From Octopus vulgaris (lineage: Eukaryota), in NCBI GenBank assembly GCA_951406725.2, contig OX597829.1, positions 53,940,001 to 54,004,000 of the forward strand: a stretch of 64,000 bases of DNA. Reading direction: 5' to 3'. Of the stretch, positions 12,081-23,060 are shown in pieces; position 1 is the first letter of the stretch, and every line of letters starts with the position of its first letter. The notes below the pieces were generated by a model. The model did no database searches. It was not told the DNA's origin and saw nothing but the letters and a program-made list of their open reading frames with translations. The position numbers and the translations under genes were made by a program.

Positions 12081-14407
12081 ATATATATATACACATATAT
12101 GTATATACATACATAAATACATACATATATACACATACTAGCAAAAGTGCCCAGCGTTGCTCGGGGCTTAATTGCTTTAAAGTACCCTTAATGATTCTAC
12201 TCAATTATGATTATTGAGGCAAAGATTCATATAAGCTTATAGCCAACCAATTTATTTGCAACTGGATAGAAAGCTCTGCAAAGAGCATTACAACACTCTC
12301 AGAAGGTAATAACAATAGAATGTGAGGTGGCCTTGAAAATGCTGTGTTATCATTCTCACAATTCTAACAATTTGGTAGGTAGTCCTGGAAGGGTGTGTAA
12401 AATGTTCGCAGGTGAATAAGGTGTCTTCGTTTTCCACCAGCGGCAGCAGACGTGCTGTTTGACAACTTTATGCTCTGTGAAATCGGAATAGATGCCCTTT
12501 GGAGGAAAGAGGGGGATTAATCATGGGTAAGTAAATACGGGTAAGTTTGAAAATATACAACAATAGCATCTACTCACCATATGTGGGAGTGTCGAGAAAA
12601 AAATCCCCCCAGCTTTGTCCCGGACAGTATTAGTAACGGAATTGTAAGTGAACTTCTGTTGTGGAAGGAGCTTAGGCTCATTCTCTGCCATGTACTGGGC
12701 AAGCTTGTCAACATTATAACATGTGTCATGCAGCAAATCTGAAGACAGTGTGTTTGCGCCTTCCCGGTTTGTTGAAGGTAGGCCATACACTACCAACGCA
12801 CTAACGCCCATATTGAGAATAGTATCTTCGATTTCAAGCAACACCCCATTGTAAATGAGGTCACTGTACCTGACCTCCATTGATGGATTTAGCTACTGAA
12901 CCTGGTGCAGGAAATCTTCAGACATGTAATCTTTGTAGGTAAGCCATAAAGAGGCGGGATCACCCAAGTGGCGCCATAGGAGTAGAATAGTGAAAGGCGA
13001 TCTTATATTTTAGGGGATTTTAACAAAATACCCTCTGCCATAGTGGTGCCCTATTGTGAATCATCCTCGAAAAGTCCATGCTGAAGCAGGCTTCCTGGAA
13101 AGTGTCCACATAATTCACCGTCAACAGTTCTTAAGTCTTGAAAGCTTTGTGGGCCGAAAACATCATGGAGAAGAAGGCACATGTGAAAATGGTTGGGAGG
13201 CACAGTATAGACTCTTCCTAGACAACTGTTAAACTTGACACTGGGATGTCCTTGAACATCCTGACCTGACTTCCTATGCACCCAAGTGTTCTTTGATCAC
13301 ACACATAGTAGGACGGGACCTGAGGGTATAAAAGTGTTTTGGCAAATGTGTCATGTTGGCAAAGCCTAAAAAAAAAACAAAGTTTTTTTTTTTGGATTAG
13401 CCACCAATTGTGCATCAGTCTGAATGGTAAAGTAAGCCTGCTGGCCGTTTTCCAAATGAACCGCTAGTTGTATGATGGCGGGGGTTCCTTTGGTGAAGCG
13501 GAAATCCGAATATCCACCGAAAAGCTTCACCACTGCTGATACAATGACCTGGCAAGTACTGTAACACCTCGTCCATGCTATTGTCCTTTTGAAGGCCAAA
13601 CATGGCAGCATGAGTACCCTTGTTAACATATTTACATATGTACTTTATTGATTTTACTGAATGACAGAACTCCACATTTATATGAGTGTTGAAAATTTTC
13701 ATCAGAAATGGACATTATGGAACCACCCATCTATTATCAAGTTGATGACTCTGTAACATCATAGTGAATCCCCCATTCTCAGGCTGCCTTTGTCTGTACA
13801 GTGGATATCCGTTGCTGGGACTGCACGGACCATGCACCATGTATGCCTTCACAACGTCGTACAGCTGCTGGTCAACAGTGATGTCTGGGATTTCTGCTGT
13901 GATGATGTCATCTAGAACTCTAAGGTCTATTTTGGTGACCAACCAAAGCAAACTGTGCGCGTGTGGCAACCCTGTCTTATGCCACTCAACAGTATACATG
14001 TGACAGTTAACAGGCACGAAAACCCGCCCTTTTTTTATTAAATCAATTAGCTTAGCCAGCTTGTGCCTGAAAACCCTGGCAATAATATCATGCCGACGGC
14101 AGCAAAGGGTGAAAGACCCATGCCGAAGGTGCCACACAGTGGGACTGAATCTGGAACCATGTTGTTGGTAAGTAAGCTACTTACCACACAGCCATTCTTA
14201 TGCCTATGGTAGTAAGTAAATGTGTTTTAAAAAAGATTTTGAAAAAACTCAGTTTGTAAAGAATAAATGTTTGACTGTCAATGTGAAAGTTACTTGCATT
14301 GTCTGTATATATATATATATATATATATAAATATTTATATATGGTAGTAAATGTGTTTAAAAATTTTTTTTTTAAATATTCAGTTTGTAGGGAATAAATG
14401 TTTGACT

Positions 14408-14797
14408 TTACTCTTTTACTTGTTTCAGTCATTTGACTGTGGCCATGCTGGAGCACCGCCTTTAATTGAGCATATCAACTGCAAGACTTATTCTTTTGTA
14501 AGCCCAGTACTTATTCTATCGGTCTCTTTTGCCGAACCGCTAAGTAACGGGGACATAAACACACCAACATCGGTTGTCAAGCAATGCTGGGGGAAAAACA
14601 TATACACACACAAACACACACATGCATATACATATATACGACGGGCTTCTTTCAGTTTCCGTCTACCAAATCCACTCACAAGGCTTTGGTCGGCCCGAGG
14701 CTATAGTAGAAGATACTTGCCCAAGGTGCCACGCAGTGGGACTGAACCCGGAACCATGTGGTTGGTAAAGAAGCTACTTACCACACAGCCACTCCTG
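14408..14797 (-). mobile_element. SINE family A nested in Helitron
   Basis: Full-length reverse copy of the 6110 element. Confidence 0.9.
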
Positions 14798-14872
14798 ACT
14801 GGCGATCGTATTTGAAAAAGATTGACAGGTATTTGTATGTGTGTATGAGTGTGTATTCTCTGTCTATGTATA

Positions 14873-15257
14873 TTACTCTTTTACTTGTTTCAGTCATTTG
14901 ACTGTGGCCATGGTGGAGCACCACCTTTAGTTGAGCATATCAACTGCAAGACATTCTTTGAGAGCCTAGTACTTATTCTATTGGTCTTTTTTGCCGTACC
15001 ACTAAGTTACTGGGATGTAAATACACCAGCATCGGTTGTCAAGCGATGTTGGGGGGACAAACACAGACATACAAACACATACATATATGTACATAAATAC
15101 GACGGGCTTCTTTCAGTTTCCGTCTACCAAATTCACTGACAAAACTTTGGTTGGCCCAAGGCTATAGTAGAAGACACTTGCCGAAGGTGCCATGCAGTGG
15201 GACTGAACCTGGAACCATGTGGTTCATAAGCAAGCTACTCACCACACAGCCACTCCT
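14873..15257 (-). mobile_element. SINE family A nested in Helitron
   Basis: Full-length reverse copy. Confidence 0.88.
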
Positions 15258-15954
15258 ATCCGTATGGTAGTAAGCAAATGTGTTTTAAAAAAGATTTTGA
15301 AAAAATTCAGTTTGTAGGGAATAAATGTTTGACTGACAATGTGAAAGTTACTTGTACAGAGAAATAGTCTTGGAAAGTATGCGTAAAATTGAAGTGGGGG
15401 AAACTCACAGTTTGTAGGGAATAAATGTTTGACTGTTGAACGTATTTGAAAAAGATGCGTCACTATTTATTTATTTATTTTGTTATCTTGGTGAAGGACG
15501 ATGTTAGAAATGGGAATTGAACTTACAATTCCTGCTAATTAGAATGAGGTCATTGGTAACCATAGGTACAGATATATGTGTGTATTTATCTGGGATTTGT
15601 AGTCTGTCTGTTTATTTGACTCTCACTGTTTCACCTTCCTTTGTGTATTTTTTTTTGGATCGTTCGTAAATGTTCATAAGAGGAAGTAGCAGTTTAAAGG
15701 ATTTGTAATGGTAGAAGAAAGAGGAAAGTAGATTGCATGTGAGAGGGGGAAATGGTTATGTATGGAGTTTTAACAATTTTTTTCATAATTCTTAGTTATT
15801 TTGACCGAAAAAATGCCCCCATGACCCAAGTTATGGTATTTAGAATATTAATTCTGATTTTTTCATTCACAAAATTTGGAATTGTGTAAATGTATGAATT
15901 TTCAACATACATACACACACAGAAAATCTGCCTTTTATAGATAAGATATATATA

Positions 15955-15991
<37 letters not shown>

Positions 15992-16482
15992 TTGACCAGA
16001 TCCAGTTGCAACCCTGCACAGTTGTTTCGGCTATTGTCTTCAGAACTCTGTTCATCTTTATCCCAGAAAATGAGAACTGTTTTATGAAATCGTAGACAGA
16101 TTTGCCCACAACCCCTACTTCGGTCTCAAATCTAAAGTGGGACACCTTCGCTCAGTAGAATGATTTCGTCAATTTAGAGAGAAAGCACTTTTTTCCTTTA
16201 TCTCTCAAGTATTAAACAAAGACCATGCTGTGGCACCGTCTTCAAGAATACTAAAAAGAATCAAGGCAACATCAGTTGTCAAGCGATGGTAGGGTACAAA
16301 AAGAAACACACACAAACATATATAAATGTATGTTTATATATATATATATATATATATAAATGTATGTTTATATATATATATGTCTATATATATATATTTA
16401 TATACATATCCATACACATCCATATATATATATATATATATATATATGTAATCAAAATAAGCAACAAGGATATCCAAAGGTA

Positions 16483-16571
16483 ATGCAGTACGATCGTTTC
16501 ATGTAACTCCATTTAATTGAACAATGCAATCATTACTTCAATTTAAAATGTAGAGCAATCTTCAGCTGCAT
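16483..16571 (-). ncRNA. Type-I hammerhead ribozyme motif
   Basis: ATGCAG-CTGAAGA-(long imperfect stem II)-GAAA-CGATCG-TA-CTGCAT: a perfect 6-bp stem I, an intact core and a palindromic stem III. Confidence 0.75.
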
Positions 16572-16679
16572 AAAAATATAGAATTTAGTTAAATTTGAAG
16601 GATTCATTTGTATAGTTTTCTTTTTATCCAAAACCACAAAGATAAGTAGATAGATGTTCTTTGTCTATCTACTTATCCT

Positions 16680-16880
16680 GTGTGTCTGTTTGTCCCCCCA
16701 ACATCGCTTGACAACTGATGCTGGTGTGTTTACGTCCCCGTAACTTAGCGGTTTGGCAAAAGAGACTGATAGAATAAGTACTAGGCTTGCAAAGGATAAG
16801 TCCTGGGGTCGATTTGCTTGACTAAAGGCGGTGCTCCAGCGGGGGCACAATCAAATGAGTGAAACACGTAAAAGAGTAAA
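16680..16880 (+). mobile_element. SINE family A 3' half
   Basis: Matches 6310-6510. Confidence 0.85.
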
Positions 16881-17124
16881 CTATAGAAAACATTATTCTA
16901 AAAATCAATAGAGTACATAAACAATATTTACTATTTATTGTTTATGTACTCTATTGATTTTTAGAATAATGTTTTCTTGTTATATATCACATTTTTCTTG
17001 TAGTATATCACATTTAAACACAGATATCTTTATTCTGATGTGTAATTTTATATCTCACATTCTGTATTTGACATACTTGATTTTACATGATATATATATA
17101 TATATAAAAAATAATATGTTACTT

Positions 17125-17290
17125 TTACTCAATAGTCAAGATAAAACTCTTAGTTTCAGATGCCGAGGTGGAAATCCACAACACCATCTCTTCGGTTATC
17201 TGGCCATCTGTAGAGATGGTGTTGTGGATTTCCACCTCGGCATCTGAAACTCAGAGTTTTATCCTGGCTATTGAATAATTGTCACATTAT
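17125..17290. repeat. Inverted repeat (Penelope pLTR-like) with hammerhead-like motif at 17139-17201 (-)
   Basis: Arms at about 17127-17191 and 17212-17277. The minus arm reads AGATAA-CCGAAGA-GATG..CATCt-GAAA-CTAAGAG-TT-TTATCT. Confidence 0.7.
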
Positions 17291-17572
17291 TTTACAGATA
17301 AATTCCTCTATTTACATAATATTGAGGTCTCTTTCTTTCTTTTGTTATCTTACCGTTTTTACCAATATATATATATAGAGAGATATATAAATTCATGTTT
17401 ATAATGTATAATTTATAAATTTTAATTCTTAATATTACAAGTATAATTTTTACTCCTTAATGCTTAATTGTATTGCTTATTTTTAAAGGGATGTACAAGT
17501 AGATATATAAAAGTTTGAAACAGAACCTGAAGATGTGTTGGAATAATTGTAAATCTGATGATTGCATATATG

Positions 17573-17614
<42 letters not shown>

Positions 17615-17654
17615 TATACAGTTGTGTATATGTATATATATTGTAATCTTCCAA

Positions 17655-17825
17655 TACGTAAAAGCACCCCCTACACTCTTGGAGTGGTTGGCATTAGAAA
17701 GGTCATCCAGCTGTAGAAATATTACCAGATCATTTTGGAGCCTGGTGCAGCCTCCTGGCTTCCCAGACCCCAGTCGAACCATCCAACCCTTGCCAGCATG
17801 GAAAACGGCCGTTAAACAATGATAA
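17655..17825 (+). mobile_element. RTE 3'-tail fragment
   Basis: GAGTGGTTGGCATTAGAAAGGTCATCCAGCTGTAGAAA...GCATGGAAAACGG. Confidence 0.8.
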
Positions 17826-17853
17826 TAATGGTATATATATATATATATATATA

Positions 17854-18025
17854 CTTTATTTAAAGCAGCAGAAAATTCAACAAAACCAGTTACTCTGAGT
17901 TTCCCGTTGCCGGCAACGGGAAACTCAGAGTAACAGGTTTTGTTGAATTTTCTGCTGCTTTAAATAAAGCATATTACTCTACCACTGGTATTTGAGTACT
18001 CTTTTTTCCACCTTGTTTCACATTT
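17854..18025. repeat. Near-perfect ~115-bp palindrome plus tail (pLTR-like), flanked by (TA)n
   Basis: Centre ..TTTCCCGTTGCC|GGCAACGGGAAA..; same family as 58120-58240. Confidence 0.8.
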
Positions 18026-18245
18026 ATGTGTTTACTCCAGTATATATATATATATATATAATTACATATATATATACACATACATATACCATTTGACAAA
18101 ATACACCCATAGAATAAGTACTAGGTTTACAAAAATAAATCCTGGGGTAGATTTCTTTGACTAAAAGTGGTGCTCCAGCATGGCCAGAGTCACATGGCCG
18201 AAGCAAGTAAAAAGTAAAACAATAATAAACTATGCCATTTTAATC

Positions 18246-18271
18246 TCGAGCAACGCTGGTTATCTCTGTTA

Positions 18272-18273
<2 letters not shown>
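18246..18273 (+). mobile_element. Isolated Helitron 3'-end remnant
   Basis: CGAGCAACGCTGG..TCTGTTAGT resembles the 3' terminus at 12138-12165. Confidence 0.45.
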
Positions 18274-18315
<42 letters not shown>

Positions 18316-18539
18316 TTGGTCCAACCCATGCTAGCATGGAAAACGGACGCTAAACGATGATGATGATGATGATGATGATGATACTTGCTTCAGTCATGTG
18401 ACTCTGGCTATGCTGGAGCACCACCTTTAGTCAAAGAAATCTACCCCAGGATTTATTTTTGTAAGCCTAGTACTTATTCTATTGGTGTACTTTGTCAAAC
18501 GGCATATATATCTATGTATGTATGTGTATGTATATATGT

Positions 18540-19626
18540 GCTAGAATAAGAATAGCCTGGGCTAAGTTCAGAGCTACTACCTCTACTTGTGACAAAGGGC
18601 CTCTTGCTCAGAGTAAAAGGTAGACTGTATGATGCATGTGTACGAACAGCCATGCTACATGGCAGTGAAACATGGGCTGTGACTGCTGAGGACATGTGTC
18701 AGCTCACAAGGAATGAAACCAGCATGCTCCGATGGATGTGTAATGTCAGTGTGCATACATGACAGAGTATAAGCGCCCTGAGAGAAAAGTTGGACCTAAG
18801 AAGCATCAGATGTGGTGTGCAAGAGAGACGACTGCGCTGGTATGGTCATGCGTTGCAAATGGATGTGGATAGCTGTGTGAAAAAGTGGCACACCCTAGCA
18901 GTTGAGGGAACCTGCGGAAGAGGTAAACCCAGGAAGACCTGGGATGAAGTGGTGAAGTACGACCTTCAAACACTAGACCTCACTGAGGCAATGACTAGTC
19001 ACCGAGACCTTTGGAGATATGTTGTGCTTGAGAAGACTCGGTAAGCGCAAGTGAGACCATAACCTTGTGGCCTATCCCAGGGGTGTAACCAGTTCACTTA
19101 TGCTTGCCTTTCCTTCATTGGACACTAAACTCTGCTTGCGAAGACCTGTTGAGGCAAGTGAAATCGAAATCAAATTTGATGACTGGCATCCATACAAGTG
19201 GAACGCTAAGAGTACCATACAAGATCGGGGCCAGAACAACAAGCTGGCCTCCGAGCCGATGGCACGTTAAAAACACCATTCAAGCTTGATCGTTACCTGC
19301 GTTGCCTTACTGGCACTTGGGCTGGTGGCACATGAAGAAACATTCGAGCGAGGTCGTTGTCAGTGCCGCTGGTCTGGCTCCTTGCAGGTGGCACATAAAA
19401 AGCACCATCTGAGTGTGGCCATTGCTAGTACCGCCTGACTGGCCCTCGTGCCGGTGGCACGTAAAAGCACCCACTACACTCTCAGAGTGGTTGGCGTTAG
19501 GAAGGTAATCCAGCTGTAGAAACTCTGCCACATCAGATTGGAGTCTAGTGCAGCCATCTCGTTTGCCAGACTTCAGTCAAATTGTCCAACCCATGCTAGC
19601 ATGAAACAAAGATGATGATGATGATG

Positions 19627-19628
<2 letters not shown>
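18540..19628 (+). mobile_element. RTE LINE 3' end with tandem-unit UTR and (GAT)n tail
   Basis: LHGSETW, RRLRWYGH and GRGKPRKTW motifs continuing into five ~60-bp units. Confidence 0.9.
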
Positions 19629-19669
<41 letters not shown>

Positions 19670-19676
<7 letters not shown>

Positions 19677-20420
19677 CAAAATGGGACAAGAAGGCAAAAC
19701 ATCCAGACAGTTAGGTGATACAGAAGAGGGACAACAAAACATCCAGAGAGACGATACAAAGAAAACAAGGATGGGACATTCGGAGTTTTCTTTTCTCAGT
19801 CGAGTTCCAGATTATCTTTACAATTTCGGCTGGTTATACTTGAGATTGCTCCAATTTGGCCAGCCCAAAGGAAAAACTAAGCTAAGAGCATTAGATTCCT
19901 TGGAAGAAGGCAGCAAATGTATATGAAATCAAGGACAGAAAAAAAACGGAGAATGTTACACAAATACAAATAGCAAGATATAAAAACAGGTGTCTTTCGA
20001 CTAAGGACGAATTAAATTAAGCTGGCGCGTGTGGAAATAAAGCTTTACATCAGGGATACAAGATTTCACAGGCACAGGGAGGAATATAGATGTTGCACGG
20101 ACGACGGTGGCACCAAGAAATAAAGATCAGGCTTGGCTGAGCACCGGTCACGTGGGGAGAGAAGAGAGAGAGAGAGGGAGGCAGAGGGACAGAAGAAATA
20201 AGGAGGGGCGAGAAAAATAACAGGGAAACAGTGAAATGAAAAGAGGAGGGAAAGTGAGCAAGAAGAGAAGGCAAGGAAATGTGAGAGAGGGGGAACGAAA
20301 GAACAAAGAGTGGAATGAACAAATAAGCATGAAAGGGCTGATAGAAAGAAAGAATAGAGTCGTACAAGATTTAGATAAATATATATTTACATATAAGAGA
20401 ACAAAGTGCACGTACACTAC

Positions 20421-20458
<38 letters not shown>

Positions 20459-20577
20459 CACACACACACAAAATGGGATAAGAACGCAAAACATCCAGAC
20501 AGTTAGGTGATACATAAAAGGGACAACAAAACCTACAGATAGACGATACAAAGAAAACAAGGACGGGTCATCCGTAG

Positions 20578-20590
<13 letters not shown>
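19670..20590 (-). mobile_element. Probable Penelope-like pLTR remnant with a direct terminal repeat in (TA)n
   Basis: 19676-19795 (AAAATGGGACAAGAAGGCAAAACATCCAGACAGTTAGG..) is repeated at 20470-20580; both abut TA/CA tracts. Confidence 0.45.
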
Positions 20591-20611
<21 letters not shown>

Positions 20612-20629
20612 AAAATGAGACAAAATAGA

Positions 20630-21210
20630 AAATGTTAAAATAATTTTATCATGAATATTCTAGTACCGGTTTCAGTCTTTGCGATTTCTTCAAGTCAGAG
20701 TAAAGCATGAAAAACAATTAAATTGTGGTTCTATATTTAAGAGATGAGGAATTATATACATTATTTACATTAGATGGACATTTGTCCTCATCTTGTTAAC
20801 ACAACGTTTCAGCTGATATACCTTCCAACAAACAAGATGAGGACAAATATCCGTCAAGTGTGAGTAATTTAATTAAATTGTGGAAAAAATTAATTAAAAT
20901 GTTTTTTGAAAATATTTCCATAGTTTTCAAATACAAGGGACATTTTCTTTTTTTCTTTCTGTCTGTCTCTTACCGCTGTGAAGGCTTGGTAATAGGTAGT
21001 AGCAGTTCTAAAAGAACTGCACAGGAGTAAAAGAGAGAGAGAGAGAAGGACAGTAAAAAGGAAAATGTCCTTTGTATTTAAAAACTATGGAAATATTTTA
21101 AACAAACATTTCATTTCATTTTTCCACAATTGTCTTTTATGCTTTACTGTAAGACTGAAACCGGTACTAAAATGTACTTCATGATAAAATTATATCAACT
21201 TGTGTTCCTT
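20630..21210. repeat. Large inverted repeat (pLTR-like) with degenerate hammerhead half GAAACCGGTA
   Basis: 20632-20725 plus 20880-20960 is the reverse complement of 21050-21200. Confidence 0.65.
20730..20870. mobile_element. Truncated hammerhead-SINE family copy (inverted plus direct arm) with 13-bp TSD
   Basis: TSD AATTAAATTGTGG at 20717-20729 and 20871-20883; contains GAAACGTTGTGTT on the minus strand. Confidence 0.75.
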
Positions 21211-21459
21211 TTCAACCTTCTACACACACACACACACACATACATATTGTTGATCGTAAGAATTTATAAAGTTTTGAGAGAACATGAAATAATTTTTTTA
21301 ATACTGGCTCTCAAGGCACATCACAAAGTTACAAATAACAAATACTGGATTGAAAAATCATTTTGAATAGGAAAAAGTTTTTTAACCTGCTATTATTTAT
21401 AGCTTTATATGATGTGCCTCGAGAGCCTATGTTCTAAAAAGTAATTATATATATATATA

Positions 21460-21950
21460 TTTTTTTCCATGCTAGCAAGGGTTGGATGGTTTGACCGGGT
21501 CTGGGAAGCCTGGAGTCTGGCACAGCCTCCTGGCTTCCCAGACTCCGGTTGAACCATCCAACCCATGCTAGCATGGAAAACAGACGTTCAACATCATCAT
21601 CGTTTAACATCTGTTTTCCATGCTAGCATGGGTTGGATGGTTCAACTGGGATCTGGGAAGCCAGAAGGCTGCATCAGGCCCAGTCTGATCTGGCAATGTT
21701 ACTACGGCTGGATGCCCTTCCTAATGCCAACCACTCTGTAAGTGTAGTGGGTGCTTTTTACGTTCCACCGGCACAGGTGCCAGACGGGGCTGGCAAACGG
21801 CCACGGTCGGATAGTGCTTTTTACGTGCCACCGGCACGGAGGCCAGTCGGGGCGGCACTGGCAATGGCCACGTTCGGATGGTTCGCTTACGTGCCACTGG
21901 CACTGGTATCACAGCTGCAATTTCCATTGATGTTGACGATGATGACAATA
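21460..21950 (-). mobile_element. RTE 3'-tail element preceded by an inverted pair of tail fragments
   Basis: Three CCATGCTAGCA(T/A)GG tail segments in alternating orientation. Confidence 0.8.
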
Positions 21951-21957
21951 TGATATG

Positions 21958-21993
<36 letters not shown>

Positions 21994-22139
21994 TGCTGAC
22001 AGAAGGAAAAGCAAGTGAGATTCATAATTATTTCTATTTCTACCTCTACTTCTTTGTTTGTAAATTCTAAAAGGTACATATCTTTTAATGTAGTACAACT
22101 TTCAAAAGAATTTATATTAATATCATTTTAATATTGCAT

Positions 22140-23060
22140 TATTTAATGTCCATTTTTCATGCTAGCATGCGTTGGACAGTTTTACAGGAGTCGGCCAACT
22201 GGAGAGCCGCACCAGGTTCCAGTCTGATTTGGCTTGGTTTTTACAGCTGGATGCCCTTCTCAATGCCAACCACTTTACAGAGTGTACTGGGTGCTTTTAT
22301 ATGGCACCAGCACACACGAGTCCACAAGATTAGAATCATTCAGCTGAAGAGGGATGTAGGGGTCATGTCTGTATGCATGGACAACTACAACTTTACTTAG
22401 CTTGACATGTCTTCTCAATCACAACAAACCGCCAGAAGTCTCGGTTCCTTGTTCTCCTGTCTGTGAGGCCCAACATCTGAAGACTCTTTCTTGCCACTTC
22501 ATCCCATATCTTCCTGGGTCTACTCCTCCTGCATATTCCTTTTATAATTAGAGATGGGCACTTTTTCATGCAACTGCGTTCATTCATACACATCACATGA
22601 CCAAACCAGTGCAGTCTTCTCTCTTGCACACAACATCTGATGCCTCTTAACACCCAGTTTTTCTCTCAAATCCCTTGCACTCTGTCAAATATATACACTG
22701 ACATTACTCATCAAGCTGAGCATACTGGCTTCATTTCTTTCAAGCCTTCACATATCCTCAGTAGTTACATCCAATGTCTCACTGCCATGTAGCATAGCTA
22801 TATGTACCCAGGCATCATAAAATCTGCCTTTCACTCTGAGGGAGAGGCCCTTCATTACTAACAATGGTAGTAGCTCTCTGAAGTTCATCCAACCTATTCT
22901 TATTCTATGCTTTTGGAACAACCTCCCCCACTACTAACTCAGTCACCTAAGTAATGGAAACTATCAACTACTTCTAAGGACCCCTCACCCCCGACATTTG
23001 AGGGATTCTAATTTTTGTACATTCCTGGTGTTTAATGTACTTGCACATCTGCCACATCTA
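22140..23060 (-). mobile_element. Older RTE LINE 3' fragment
   Basis: RRLHWFGHV, RPRKIWDEV and the SFHYLGD region. Confidence 0.8.

Larger units (their letters stand above)
12138..15946 (-). mobile_element. Internally deleted Helitron with both termini
   Basis: 5' end A|TCTTATCTATAAAA at 15946. 3' hairpin CCCGAGCAACGCTGGG followed by CTAG|T at 12138. Rep/helicase remnants at about 12590-14100: VEWHKTGLPHAH, MVHGPC, YPLYR, DNRWVVP, HINVE..SIKYICKYVNKG, HLENGQ, GPQSFQDLRTVDG. Confidence 0.88.

Noticed and set aside
19815-19880. Hammerhead-like GGCTGG...CCAGCC-GAAA on the minus strand
   Set aside because: No CUGANGA core or convincing stem I; at most a decayed or variant motif.
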